From contig CM059432.1 in the NCBI GenBank assembly GCA_030390025.1, positions 52,144,001 to 52,208,000 of the forward strand: a stretch of 64,000 bases of DNA, in the 5' to 3' direction. Below, one piece after another: positions 26,390-40,512 of the stretch. The DNA comes from Squalus acanthias (taxonomy: Eukaryota). The notes under the pieces were generated by a model. The model did no database searches. It was given only the letters and a program-made list of their open reading frames with translations, and was not told the DNA's origin. How positions within the stretch are numbered: position 1 is the stretch's first letter; each line of letters begins with the position of its first letter. The position numbers and the translations under genes are program-made.

Positions 26390-29300
26390 TACTAAGTTAT
26401 GAACAGGGATCAAAGAGCTAAACTTGCTTTCATTGGAGAAAAGAAGGTTGAGAACAGACATATTGTAGGTCGTTAAAGTGCAGGGGGAATAGGTAAATTC
26501 AATTATTTAATTTGACTGTGAGCACAGAGTTAGAGGACACAAGTATTAAAATACAGCAGAAAATGAGATTAGATACTAGAAGTGTTTCCTTTCACAGAGG
26601 TGTGGGGAATAGACTGCCATCAAAAGCATTGTATTGCTGTAGTGATTAACTCCTTTAAAAAGATCTTGGGGGAAGTTAGACTGAGATGATTGGCTCCCCC
26701 CACCCCAGGATCTTTTTTGATCTGTATGACTCACCACACCACATGGCCTATATTCTCACTGAGATGTCACAGGAGCTATTGTGGTGAAGTTCAAAGTCCA
26801 GTCCATTCTGCAATCCTGACAGATGAATGTGTGCTAGCAAGTGGTTTGTTGGTATTTATAGTGCAGATAAATGTATAAGTGTGTAGTAGGTCCCATCTAA
26901 CTGTCTTTGAGATCCTGTCCCCCATCAAAATAAAGTGACATACCAAGGAGAATATTTATGGTGAGGAGTTCATAGGTGATGCAGAGTAACATAAAATTGT
27001 TTTGGGGTTGCAATTTAACATTCATCTCATTGCTGTTTGTCGAACTTTGCTGTGCACAAACAGTTGCCACATTTGTCTACATAAACAAAATTAATTCAAT
27101 GTCTGCAAAGTGCTTTGGGTCATTTCTGAGACACATGATAAGTTGCTATGTGAATGTAATTTTTCATTTTCTTTATTATGTGTATATAAGAAAAATTCTA
27201 AGTAGGTACATGAAATCTGAGTGAGGGAAACCATGTTGGTTACAAGTGAGTTGTGACGGTCATTGAAAGTGAAACAGCCAGAATTTCAGTTACTCACTAT
27301 GCAGTGCTATTTATATATTGATAATATATATAATATTTTTATTAAATCTATTTGATGTAATTTTAATGGTGGCTATAAATTTTGATCCAAGTAACTTAAA
27401 TTCATATAAGAAATAAACTGGAAGATAAATGAGAAAGTTTCTGATGCAGGTATCGCATCATGTTTCTTTTTTTCCTGTGAGCTGTGCTCTCCCCATTCCA
27501 TCCATTTCTTAACCCCCAGCCCCACCCTATGCTTATGTACACAATTCCACCATCTGTGAGGTGGGTATCCGAAGACTAATATGAATATAGCTTTAATCTG
27601 TGCTGTGCAAAGAGGGAATTCATCTGGATCTATATTTTATTTCCCTGGTAATGAGCAGATTTCCTACTCTAGATCTGAATAGCCCTAAAATTGTACATGT
27701 TGAGCATCAGAGGGTTAAATCAAGGTTTCGGTTCATTCATTCTTTTGTTCCTTTTATTTTTGGTCATTTTATTTCTGAAACACATTCTAAATGAATACTC
27801 TTCCAGCTGGTTATTCGTAGCCAGTGTAATAACTGTCTTTAAAACCATTTTGCAGTAATTGTAGTCATGTAACTCTGATAACATTATGGTGCGATAATCT
27901 TAATTTCAGGGTGTATTACCACTTGCCTTTATGTTCCAAAGAAACTAACTTTAATAGATTCTAATAACTGTTGTTTTATCAGAACATTTCTGTGCATGTG
28001 TGTGTTTTTCAATTTAAGTGGTTTGCTTTGTCTGTGTGAAAGACATATTTTGGCACATTTTGAAGGCATGTTTGAATTTAGAATTTCTACTGTTTGATAT
28101 ATTTTAAACTTCTGTTGACTTTTTTCATTGAATTGTACCTCATCCACAAAAGGTTGCAGAAATTTGAATTTTGATTGTTTTTTTAATAAAGCTTTGTTAT
28201 TTATATATATATATAGATATAAAATGCAACGTTCCATCTCAACATACGTTAAAAATTCCAAAGTCAAGCTTTGACAATGGGTAAACCCATTTTAAAAGTG
28301 TCAATGTTTACCGTCAGTACCAGTTACACGTGCTGTAAATGGCCGATTTACATTTTATATCTGTCATGTAACATTAGTTGAGTGTCATCCACAAATTGCA
28401 TTACAAAGCCTTTGGATTGAAGCCCTGGAATCTGTTTGCCCATATCACAGTGTCTCTGGGCCAAAGTTAAGTATTTTCCAAAGTGGAACATTCTGATAAA
28501 AGGTAAATATATAATGAACATTTTTCACCAAAAAATGAGATTACTTACCTTTAAATCAAGTTGCTGGAACAGACTGGACATCCATATTAAGAGGCCCACC
28601 ACGGAAATGTCCACTACTGGCCAATAATCATTCCGTCCCTAACCTGTCAATGCTGTGGAAATACATGTCTGCAATTCCCCTTTAACCTTTGCGGAGAGCT
28701 ATCCAACCCGCTCCCAATGGCAGTGATTTCCGAGAGCTTGCCAATCACCCCCCACCGGTTGAGTTATTTCACAAAGCTGTGTGACCACCCCCCTCCAGCC
28801 ACCCACTCTCAGCTGAGCAATGTCTGAAAACCGCTGGCCTCCCCCTTCAACTGAGCAATTTCAGAGGCTCAACCCTCCGCACATGAGAGTTTCTGTAAAA
28901 TTGCTTGTGACCCAGCCACCCCCCAGAACTTTTACTACCATTCATTACTGTCTTCTGCCTCAGAGCCACTGAACAACGAACACATCTGAATCTGTACGTT
29001 CCCCCATTGCTCCTGGTGTTTGCTGTTTCGCGGCATGCAACTTTGAAATTTTCACACTTCAAAGAAGTGCCGCTCAATGCCTCACCTCCACCCTCCAAGA
29101 AAGATATCCTGTTCATGTGGAAGGAAGGGTGTTTCAAACCCCACCCCACACTGAGGAGGATATGTGGGACTGGTGCACAGAAGGGCGGCTTACTGTAACT
29201 CCAAATCCTGAAAAGTAAATCTGAGACTGGTGGAGGAGGGTAGATAACTCCCCCCTCCCCAAGATAATGTTGGCACACTGGGGAGGCATCACAACTGAGC

Positions 29301-29641
29301 CTGACCCTGTCTTCACTCAGCACCCACACGCTATCACTGGATAACAATCAGGAGCAGGAAGTCTGGCTGTTTTGTTTTTTTGCCCCCCACTAGCGTGAGG
29401 GCACATGGACCAATAGACCTTACTACTGTCGCAGCTGAGAATCAGGTAACCTGGGATGTTTCTATTTTGTATAGCTCAAACTTGACAGTGCACTAAGCCA
29501 CTGGGTCTGCCTTACGACCAGTTTGCCACTATCAGCTATAGTGTTTTTTTCCTCTTTTAGCAGTATAATATATTCAAGCACCACAAAGATCACCTCTATA
29601 TTAAACTGTTTTGTTATAACTTTATTTGTATTTTGCTGTAG

Positions 29642-30060
29642 CTTTCGAAGATTTACACGGTCAAACAGTGTGACAGCAGCAGTGCAGGCAGATCTAGATG
29701 ATCAGGAAAATTCAGAAGGTTCATTAGAACCCCAGGAAGTGGCTTCAGGTCCATTGCTAAGGCAGTTCTCCAAAGATGCAAGTACATCCACAGCTACCAT
29801 TCTTGGAGTGGAGGGGAACCATTTGCAGGCCTGTGCGCAGGAGAATGACTTTGACTCAGATTTTGATCCTTCTTTTCTGCCACCTCCTGAACCCTGGATC
29901 GACTCTACATCAGACACTGAAGTTGAAGCAGGCCAGAGGTCAGTGTGTCAAAGAGACGGACGGTGGTTTATGAAGTTGCTTCATGCTGAAAAAGAGCGAA
30001 TGGACGCCTGGTGTCAACAGATGGAAAAAGAAGAACGAGATAATGACCTTCCTGAAGAAA
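29642..30060 (+). CDS. DLGAP1: DLGAP1-like internal exon (419 bp), start of the GKAP-homology (GH1) domain
   Basis: Acceptor tgtag|, then (C)FRRFTRSNSVTAAVQADLD...RQFSKDASTST...DFDPSFLPPPEPW...RDGRWFMKLLHAEKERMDAWCQQMEKEERDNDLPEE+A|gtaagt. Confidence 0.95.
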
Positions 30061-30308
30061 GTAAGTGCACGTAGACTTTGATAGAAAATCTACAATAGTT
30101 AACCAACTCTGGTCTCCATATGAAACAAACATATTATACAGCTAGTATATAACATTTATCTGCGCTTCTCCCACTCCGCTGCCAAACTTCCACAAAAGAT
30201 ACAGCAGGAGAAACTGGGAGGAAAATCACCCCTCTATGAATATTGGTGATACAAAAATCTGTTTTCTAAATTGAAATGTGAAAAGAAATCAAAGCCAATA
30301 AACACTTT

Positions 30309-31084
30309 GGGGATTAAATTGGGCCGCATAGTGCTTGTTTCTCAGGCATAAGAGGCCTACTGCATGCTTCAGGTCCCTGCAGCAAAATTAAAATGCACAA
30401 GAATGTTTTCCATCAGAGTCTTGTGCCTCAGCATGGAGTTCATGGGGGTTCCTGCAGCCATTTCCCTCAACTGGGAGACTCATAGGAGTATGCCATTATC
30501 CAATACTTTTAGCGCCCCAGAAAAATTAGCGCCCCCGCGCCGGAAATTGAGTGGTTGCGCCCCAAGAGGAAAGCGGGGCACTACTCGAAGCGCCCCGCAT
30601 CCCTCTTGGGGCGCTGCGAGTCAATATCGCGGAGCTACGTGCCGCAGCGCCACGGTATTGCAGGCCTTCCTCCCCTTCTTAACGGGCTCAGCTGGGCCCC
30701 CCCCCCCCCCCGGGATTGGGAGTGCCGGCAAAAGAGCCCGGCACCCGGCACTCCGCCGGGGGCGGGGGGCGTTCAGGGGGACGGGAGCGCAGGCAGGTGC
30801 TGGCAGGCGGCCAGCAACAAAAATGGCCGCCCCGCACCTCACCTTTAAATTGCGCCTCCCCGGCCACAGGTAGGGCCCCCTGACCCCATCGGACATAGTG
30901 TCCGGCGGTAAGTCAAGGGGTGCTCCCGAAGATCGCAACTGGGGCGCTACCGGTTAGCACCGCCGCTAACCTCCCACTGAATTTCGCAGGAGGCGTGGGC
31001 GGCGCCGTGCCCGGGCGCTAGTTGCTTTGTGCTCCGTTCGCGCTAGCGCTAACTGGAGGCGCAAAGCAACCCAATTTTTCCCCC
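30309..31084. mobile_element. Harbinger-type MITE (family B-related)
   Basis: The right end (gcgcaaagcaacccaattttt-ccccc) is shared with 50540-51188 and resembles 633-1439. The left boundary is approximate. Confidence 0.6.
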
Positions 31085-32559
31085 AATAAGTTTTACTTCT
31101 AGGTTCTGCTTAAATACACTTAACTACTATTGCAGTGATAAAGAAGGAAAGATGCAAATAAGAATGACATGATGAGCTGAACAGCCTGTTTCTGTTATCT
31201 AGCATTTTATGATTCTAAAAGACTAAAGTTTTATATATTTCTTAGCCTTTACTATAAAAAAATACAGTGAAAGGCTGCTTCACTATATTGTTGGCGGAGA
31301 TTTACTTAAGTAGCCTTCACATATTTATTTATCAGCCTGAAGTGATAACCATATTTATTTATCACAAAACACTTAATTTGCTATCTTTGAGGAGGTACCT
31401 TAAAAATTCTTTCACTGGAGATATATACCCTTGCTCCACTTCCATGTATCAGCATCACTCTTTTTTGCAAAAATATAACTGATTTACCATGAGCAATATC
31501 ACGGATGGTCTGCTAATTTAACTTATTTGTCTATAATATGTTAAACGTTTCTGTAATCAGTTTTCCTGCCACAATATTGTGTAACATTGCTTCTGTCACA
31601 TTAATGTTTTTCTATTGATTTTACTTTCCCCTGATTGAGTCCGCCTCATGGTCCTGGATTTTCTGACTGGTGATACTTTAACATTGAACAGAAAACCTAC
31701 ACCAGTAATTTCCATGGAGGTTCTTCTGATCTCCAGCTGTAACTTCGGCAGAAGATTGGTGGAAACCACGGAGAAACGGTGGAAACAGTCTCTTGTTTCC
31801 ACCAATCTTCCGCTAAAGTTATGACAGGAGATCGGGGAACCTGTGCGGAAATTCTACCTCCTAGCCTTTAGTTTCCAAAGTAGGCACCACAGCTGCCTAG
31901 GTGGTACTGTGGGGCTCAGTTTGAGATTTTACAGCCTTCAAGTAAGGTTATTTGAAAAAAAGTTAAGAAATTATACTTCAATTTTAAAAATAAATTGGGG
32001 GTGAATTTCCACGGGGGTTTCCCGAAGAGCCATGGAAACCCTGCAAAGATTCACCCCCATTATTTTTAATGGGATGCCTGAATATTCCTGCAGCCACTGG
32101 AGCCTCTGATGGATCCCACCATAGCTGCTAGTTCTCACTGGCACTCTCAGGCCTCAGGCTAAACCTACCCTTCGCACCCAACTATTTTTGGGCCTTCATC
32201 CCGCCACTCCACTTCCCCGGACCATACTTTGCCTGCCATGTCTCCCCACCCTCCAACATCTTCTTGTCTTCACTGGTTTCCCTACACTAAGCTGCAAAAC
32301 TTGTTCTTTGCAAGTAAAAAGGCTTAATATGCTAACAGGCGCTTTTAACTACTTAGCATTAGGGTAGAGGCTTTGGGGTGATAAATGAAGGGAAATAGGA
32401 AGAGGAGGGAAGGATGGGTAGGGGAGAGGATGGGTGTGGACGGGACTTATGTGAAATGGATGGAAGGGGAAAATGGGTGGAGACAAGGTTGAGAAAATAG
32501 GACCAAAAGGGTTGGAAACAGGGAGGGGAGACGACAGGGCTAAGGGAGAAGGGGAGTCA

Positions 32560-32820
32560 GAAAGAAAGAATTTGCATTTATATAGTGTCTTTCACGACCT
32601 TAGGACATCCCAAAGTGTGTTACAACCAGTGAAGTACTTTTGAAGTGTAGTCACTGTTGTAATGTAGGAAACATGGCAGCCAAATTGCGCACAGCAAGAT
32701 CCCACAAACAGCAATGTGATAATGATCAGATAATCTGTTTTAGTGATGTTGGTTGAAGGATAAATATTGACCAGGACACCAGGGAGAACTTCCATGCTCT
32801 TCTTCGAAATAGGAATCTTT
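32560..32820 (-). mobile_element. DeuSINE (SacSINE1-like) 3' part
   Basis: Reverse complement of the Deu domain and tail seen in the full copy at 35924-36378. Confidence 0.75.
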
Positions 32821-35800
32821 TATGTCTTACGCCTAAGGAAGGGGAGCAGGAGGGGAGCAGACAAATGTGGGGCTCTAACAAGATAAAGGCTGTTGGCCTC
32901 CATTGTCTTCCGTTCCATACCCCACAAAACAGTCAAACCCCAATTCTGTTCCCCATTTGGTCTTGTGCTCATTAAGCTCCGATATTTCTTCTTGCACCAG
33001 ATCTGCTAGATTCGCTGTCCCATCTCATCTCCCTGACTGTACCCCTGTCTCATGTCCCCATTTCATTCCCCCCTCCTTGTTTTGTCCTTTTTACTCCCTC
33101 ATCTCATCCCATCTCCCGTCTTATTGCACTACCTGCCAGATCCCAGATCTCCCCACTTGTCGCTGTCTCCTACCCTGCCTCCATCTCTCCTCTGACTTCA
33201 CGCTCTGTTACCATTGGGCAGCTGGTAACAGCGAGCAGAAGGACAATCGCAGAAGGCAGACTGGCGTCAAGTGGAAAAATCTGGTAGCAGTAGGATGTGA
33301 AGGAACATCATATGAGATCAGAGTGTGGGGTGGCAGACAATGATTCTATGCCTGGATCCCCTTACTGCCAGATGCCAGGAACCCATCCCTATGCTGCCAG
33401 ATGTCAGGCTCCACCTAGGACCTTCCTCAGTGCTGGCAGAATCCATGACCCAGGACAGGAAATCTCGATGATCCCATACTTCGGGTGTGCTGTTTCTATC
33501 TAGCACTGGGGCAGGGAAGCCTGCAATCTAGGTTAGTGGGTACAGGGTCAACCGTGAACTCTTATTGACGAGGTGCACACTGCAAATAAAACAGAATACC
33601 ATCATAACTCCTGATCTCACCAACTGACCAACAATCCTCTGACAGACTGTATGGGGGTAATTTTAACACCCCCCCCCCCACCCCAGGTAGGGTGTTGCAG
33701 GTGGGGGGGGGGGGGTTAAAAATTTAAAAAATGGGCAACCCAACCCTAACATGCCCACTTCCAGTTTTAAAGGAGGCGAGTCGGGGGGCGGGCGACCATT
33801 CTGCTCTCAGGAGGCGGGTCGGTCACTAAAATATTTTAAGCAGGCTGCGTGCCTCCATTTTAAGTAAAATTTTAATTTGTACCACCTGCAGGGCGGGTTT
33901 CCCAGGCCTCGGGAAACTCGGCAGCTGAAGGGAGGCAGGAAGGGCCGGATCCATCAGGTAAATGCTTTTCCAGCACTGCTTGTGGGCCAGGAGGAGTGCC
34001 TCCTCCCGACCCACCAAGCTTCCCTGATTACTTGCCGACCCCTAGATGTCTGACTCCCCTTTGTCGGACATGCTTCCGATCTGCTCCCCGGCTGCTGTCA
34101 AGCTGGCTGGCTGACGGGCGGAAAACCTGGTGAAAAAAATTTAAAACAGGACCTGCGAGAAACCCTTACTACTGGGTTTCCTGTTCAACCCCACGCATCC
34201 CCCCCCCCCCCCCCCCCCCCCCCGCTCTGTTCCCACCTCAGAGTTATTAATGAGGCCTATAGCTCAGACTATAAACTGTTGTCAGCAATTTCCTCCCTAA
34301 CTTCGGTAGACGTTTGGCGGAAATCCCATCTACACACAAAATAGGGTTTCTGCCGAACTGCAGAGTAGGAGAAGCCTAGGCGTAGAAATCAAGTTGATTT
34401 AGAAGTAAAATTAAACAGAATCAAGAACAAATACAGCAGATTTCATTAGTTTATAACACCTCATGTCTCTTTCAAAAGAATGAAAGTCCAGAAGCTTTAG
34501 CAGTTCTTTGGATTGCTTTAAACAACTTCTAAGTCTGTTTTCCTGATCTGCTGCCATAACTTCGGCGGAAGATGGATGGAAACCCCAGACAAATGGCAGT
34601 CTTCCACCAAAGTTATGGTAGGAGATCAGGGAACTCCTGCGGAAATTCTACCCCCTTGTGTCCTTGATGAAAACGCTTTCACCTGAGAAAGACAAAGTCC
34701 TCTATTCACCTCCACCCACACGGCAGGCCAGCAAAAAGGGAACTGCTGAATTGGGAGACGGTTCCAGTAATTATTTCTTTTGTCAGGTGGGCTGTAAGCA
34801 CGGAGCTGTCAATCAACACCACCATTAGATACCCTGGCTGAGATATCTGCTGCAATAGACTCACACCCCCTGGTGGGCCAGCAATCCCAAAGCATTAGGT
34901 CTGCCACTTTCTCGTAGCCCGGTAATTGAGTTTTCAAACAATTGCACCTTTGTGGATAGAGAGAGCATGAATGACTAACTGTTAATCCTCTATCCCTTAA
35001 CTGATTATTTGCCAAATCAAATAGCCTGATTTATTCATTACACCCTGCCTTGTCTCCACCATTCTGTTGTAAACCATAAGGCAAGAAAGCTTTCACCTCC
35101 CATAGCTTTTATTTGATTTTGTTCCATAAATTTAATTAAATACATCAGAGAAGCACCGGAATTCAGTCACACTATTTATACAACTATATATATAACTATT
35201 TGCCATAGATGGTGGGAGACCTGGTCCAGATAATATGTGTATTCCATCTAGGCTGGCTGTTCCCAGCCGTGTAGTAGCCAGTTTAAACTGATATTTCCTC
35301 CATTACAACAGTGACTACACTTCAAAAAAAAAAGTACTTCATTGGCTGTAAGGCGCTTTGGGACGTCCGGTGGTCGTGAAAGGCACTATATAAATGCAAG
35401 TCTTTCTTTCTTTATAGGCCAGACACACACAAGAAAAATGTTAAAATATAGCATCTTTTATAATTCAGAACAAAACAGGTCTTCAACTTATCACAGCATT
35501 GAGGTCTGTTGAAGAGCTGCTTTATGATGCTCCCTGTTACTCTTTCCTTTTCTCCACGATTTTCTATCTGGTACACTCAGCCTTTTCTCTCTGTAACTCT
35601 CATTTTGTTATTCTCTTACTGGGACCAGAGCTATAGGGCGGAGAGAGGGAGAGAACAGGAGAGCGCACGGTGGCTAGAGCCAGCATCGGGGGCATGGGAT
35701 GATAAGCATGGCTTTGGTCCACTGCACATGTGCTTGCATTCTTCACAACAGGTCTTTGAACATTGGGCCTGAGATGAGCTGGGTCCTCAAATACAGGAGG

Positions 35801-35923
35801 AGCAAGGCCACATTAAGAATTCTCGAAGCCTTCTCTCCTTACACAACACCCCACTTCACAAAAGCCTCCCCCCATCCATTAAAACACAAATGTGTAATAA
35901 AACGATTAAAGATTAAATGTATC

Positions 35924-36378
35924 AGCTGTGGCTCAGTTAGTAGCACACTTGCCTCGGAGTCAGAAGGTTGTGGGTTCAAGTCCCACTCCAGAGACTTGAG
36001 CACAAAAATCTAGGCTGACACTCCAGTGTGAGTGCTGCACTGTCGGAGGTGCCATCTTTCGGATGAGACGTTAAACTGAGGCTCCGTCTGCTCTCTCAGG
36101 TGAACGTAAAAGATCCCACAGCACTATTTTGAAGAGGAGCAGGGGAGTTATCCCCAGTGTCTTGGTCGATATTTATCCTTCAATCAACATCACTAAAAAA
36201 CAGATTATCTGGTCATTATCACATTGCTGTTTGAGGGAGGTTGCTGTGGGCAAATTGACTGCCACGTTTCCTACATTACAACAGTGACTACACTTCAAAG
36301 AGTACTTCATTGATTGTAAAGCGCTTTGGGACGTCCCGTGGGTGTGAAAGGCGCTACAGAAATGCAAGTCTTTCTTTA
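35924..36378 (+). mobile_element. Full-length DeuSINE (SacSINE1-like)
   Basis: tRNA-like head (gtggctcagttag...gggttcaagtccc), cggatgagacgttaaa segment, Deu domain, and tail gcgctacagaaatgcaagtctttcttt. Further fragments at ~3775-3848, 12480-12775, 13440-13660, 27010-27160 and 35300-35410. Confidence 0.85.
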
Positions 36379-36604
36379 TTTCTTGCTTTCTTTCTATATC
36401 CAACCTTGTGAAGAGCTGCAGAGGCTTCTACAAGTTCTTCCACCACGCCTTCCCACCCTGCTGTGAGGCTCCAACAGCATTTTCCACTTTTCCCACTCTG
36501 TTCACCGGTTTCTTCGACCACGACTTCCTGCCACTGGGACAATGTGCGGTCCACACAGTGCAGGCGTAACCACAGTCAGTTAACTAAACCCCCCACTTTT
36601 TAAA

Positions 36605-37243
36605 AATTTGTTTATGGGATGTGGGCGTCGCTGGCAAGGCCAGCATTTATTGCCCATCCCTAGTTGCCCTTGAGAAGGTAGTGGTTAGCCGCCGCCTCGA
36701 ACCACTGCAGTCCGTGTGGTGAAGGTACTCCCACAGTGCTGTTAGGTAGGGAGTTCCAGGATTTTGACCCAGCGACGATGAAGGAACGGCGATATACTTC
36801 TAAGTCAGGATTGTGTGTTACTTGGAAGGGAGCTTGGAGGTGCTGGTGTTCCCATGCGCCTGCTGCCCTTGTCCTTCTAGGTGGAAGAGGTTGCGGGTTT
36901 GGGAGGTGCAGCCGAAGAAGCCTTGGCGAGTTGCTGCAGTGCATCTTGTAGATGGTGTACACTGCAGCCACGGTACGCCGGTGGTGGAGGGAGTGAATGT
37001 TTAAGGTGATGGATGGGGTACCAATCAAACAGGCTGCTTTGTCCTGGATGATGTCGAGCTTCTTGAGTGTTGTTGCAGCTGCATTCATCCAGGCAAGTGG
37101 AGAGTATTCCATCACATTCCTTACTTGTGCCTTGTAGACGGTGGAAAGGCTTTAGGGAGTCAGGAGGTGAGACACTCGTCGCAGAATACCCAGCCTCTGA
37201 CCTGCTCTTTTGCCACAGTATTGACGTGGCTGGTCCAGTTAAG
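36605..37243 (-). mobile_element. CR1/L2-group LINE 3' fragment (second LINE family)
   Basis: Reads MEYSPLAWMNAAATTLKKLDIIQDKAACLIG...SLHHRRTVAA. Same family as 49305-50252 and 63015-64000. Confidence 0.8.
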
Positions 37244-38207
37244 TTTCCTCACACTCCAATTCCAGTCACTGCCTGCTGTGCATTGTAATTAACACAACCG
37301 GCAGGCAACACTGTTTCAGTTTATGATGGGCTGTGTTCACGGGGCTCCTGGGCACGGGCCCCATAGGCCCTGAGGAGGAGGAGCATGGAGCCAGAGTTAA
37401 GACCATTGATTTTGTATAAGGGGAGAAGTAGGGAGAAGCTTCAGAGTGGTTAAAAGGTGGGACGGATTCATACATTATTGTAGATGTAATTTTTCACATA
37501 TATATAGATAAACTTTTATTTCGTTTGTAATGATAGTGAAATATAAATAAATACATTGCATCTGAGTAGAACATTATTTTATACAATGTTAACACAATGT
37601 TAAGAATATCAGTGGTTATGGTCAAACTGTCAACTTTTACACATTTCATTGTTTTTTATGAAATATTTTCTTCACAATACTGTATTATGGGTTTAACAGT
37701 CCAACTGTTTTCATCATCAGTTTCGTTTTATGTATAAATTTTAATTTCACAATCATATTACGAGCCACTAGGGCTTTAATCCAATGGCTTGTATTTTCTC
37801 TATCTTTTTCCACCAAAGATACTCTAATCTGTCCATTGGTGTGTTGACTCAGGTCTTTATGGCAAGTGTTGAATATTTGGCAAAATAAGGACAACACATA
37901 TTGTAGTTTGTACAAGAGGGACCATAGGGAGCTGAGATGGGTGGTCAGACCTGTGAAAAGAAGAGTAACAGAGAATTAAAAAATGATTCTCAGCTATAAT
38001 GTTATATCAATGGTTTGGTTGGCTCTCAAATACTATTATGTTATAAAAAGTAACAACAGCAAATGCTGGAAATCTGAAATAAAAACAGACAGTTCTAGAA
38101 GTACAGAGGGGGTCAGTCAGCATCTGTAAAGAGCAAAGAGGGGTTATGATGTTTCCAATGAAGTGTTGTACACTCAAAATGTCATAACCTGTATTTTCGC
38201 TTTACAG

Positions 38208-38529
38208 TGTCTGCGTGGGTTTCCTCCGGGTGCTCCGGTTTCCTCCCACAGTCCAAAAATGTGTGGGTTAGGTTGATTTGGCTATGATAAATTGACCCTT
38301 AGTGTTAGGGGGGATTAAATATGTGGGGATAGGATGGGATATGTTAGGGGGAATTAAATACGTGGGGTTATGGGGGTAGGGTGGGATATGTGTACTGTGG
38401 GGATTAAAGCAGGGACAGGGTACTGGATTTGGATGATCAGCCATGATCGTATTGAATGGCGGAGCAGGCTCGACGGGCCGAATGGCCTACTCCTGCTCCT
38501 AGATTCTATGTTTCTATGTTTCTATGTTT
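38208..38529 (+). mobile_element. HE1/V-SINE, 5'-truncated
   Basis: V-domain tgcgtgggtttcctccgggtgctccggtttcctcccaca and a CR1-type tail. Nearly identical to 51914-52242. Confidence 0.85.
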
Positions 38530-40407
38530 CAAACCTTTTAATGAGCAGGAAAGTCAAGACCGTCGCTATTAGCCTGAGCACATGCAAAGCCTACTGGATA
38601 GCTTTTGTTGAGCCATTTTTCACAAAAATTGCACGCTCTACAGCTGGATTAACAGAGTTAGCCCCTTGAGGCTGATTAAAGCTTCAATGTTACAGGTGCA
38701 TCGTGATTGGCTGCTATTATCTTTTTGTTAAACAAAATTGCATTCTCGGGACTTTCCCATTTCAAAAATGTGTGTCCCATAACTTAGTTGACAGTTCGTT
38801 GATTTCAACAAAAAGCAGGTATTTCTGCCTAATTACTTTAATTTTTTTAAATAGGAATGGCAACCCCAAGAATCCTTGCCACATTTGTTAGTGGATTAGA
38901 GAAAAAGAGACCCCAATAATTTATCCATCTTCAGTTCTGGGTCTAGATAGTGAATGTCATCATTGATGCCCTGTCCTAGCCTCTCTGACATTCACCCACA
39001 CACTTTTCAGGAGGGGGTCACTGGATTGAATCAGCAGCAGAACTCCTGAATGATTCCCCCTCACCGCTTCCTCTCCTTTCCTGATCCCAGCATCCACTGC
39101 AGAATTCAGCCTAATTAACAAAAAAAAGTGATTGAACTTGGTCAGTATGGCTCAGTAGCACACCAGAACGTAAATTTACTCAGAGGTGTACCTGTTCCTT
39201 AATCTGTAATTTTTTTTAATTCATTCTTGGGATGTGGGTGTCACTGGCAAGGCCAGCATTTATTGCCCATCCCTAATTGCCCTTGAGAAGGTGGTGGTGA
39301 GCCGCGTTCTTGAACCGCTGCAGTCGTGTGGTGAAGGTCTTATTATAGTTTCTTGTAGCAGTTTGATACTGAGTGGTTTGCTCAGCTATTTCAGAGGGCA
39401 GTTAAGAGTCAACCACATTGCTGTGAGTCTGGAGTCACTTATAGGCCAAACCAGGTAAGGACGGCAGATTTCCTTCTCTAAAGGACATTAGTGAACCAGA
39501 TGGGTTTTTACGACAATCCGGTAGTTTCATGGTCACCATTGCTGATACTAGCTTTTTATTCCAGATTTATTTAATTAACTGATCACCGACTACATATATA
39601 ATATTATGTCTAATAATTATACCTACTGTGCTAGCTGCTACACAATACTGGCTCAGGTAGTAAGTGAAATGGCATTAGTTCTGAGGGAAGGCTGACAGAA
39701 AACTATCGGAAAAGATTTATCAGAGATTACTGATGTCATATCAAAGTTGATAATGGCGTGCGTCAGCAAATATTTTTTGCTGATGTCCAATTCAAGTATT
39801 GAAGTGGACATTCAGACAGCTGTGTAGTTGTCCATGGCTCAAAGTATCCCTTGCCTTAACACATAGTAATCAGCTTGTTCTTCTCCTGTATCCATTGCTC
39901 ACAAACAACAAATTGAGCAACCTCCTGATGATGGACCTCCTTCCTTTATTGCTCTAATATTGATTACCCATTTTATAATGTGTAACTCACCATGCTTTGT
40001 GTGGAGTTCCTGATACCTGCTCTCTACCTAACAAGAGCTCAAACCCGTGCTTGTCAATTGTCTAATGACCAACTGATGACTGTCCTCTTGAATGGGAGGT
40101 AAGTGACGCCTCTTGAGTCGAGCACATCGTGCAATAACATAAACTTTATCCTGCTTTTACAAAAAAAAAATTACAGATACAAATGAAGCATAATGAATGT
40201 CGTAACAAATTGTAATTGTATGTAGTTAGATAGGGGCAGAACTAGCTTTGTGTTAAGTTAATGCATTGTGCTCTGTATGAATTTAAAGCTAAGGCTGGGG
40301 AAATTCTAAGATGTTCATCCAGCTCTGGGGTCTCTGGTTTCCAGAAGGTGGATTCTGTTTCTGACTTCCATACGGCATTAATACGTTAGTTAAACCAGGA
40401 AGACCTA

Positions 40408-40512
40408 GGCCTAGAAATTCGCAATGGAACTGAATATCAGGTGCTGCGTATAACGGGCGGCCGATCCGATACTGCCCGTTTTGCACCACTGCCCGAGACG
40501 AATTTCTAGGCC
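40408..40512. mobile_element. 105-bp Harbinger mini-MITE
   Basis: Perfect 14-bp TIR ggcctagaaattcg / cgaatttctaggcc, the same terminus as the Harbinger ends at 26026 and 41605. Confidence 0.8.

Noticed and set aside
29523..29641. N-terminal hydrophobic extension of ORF 29523-30074
   Set aside because: It is intronic T-rich sequence before the acceptor. Homology starts at 29642.
34199..34223. 25-nt poly-C run (and C/G runs at ~33670-33716), potential G-quadruplex
   Set aside because: Homopolymer expansions inside a GC-rich MITE, whose length is unreliable in assemblies.
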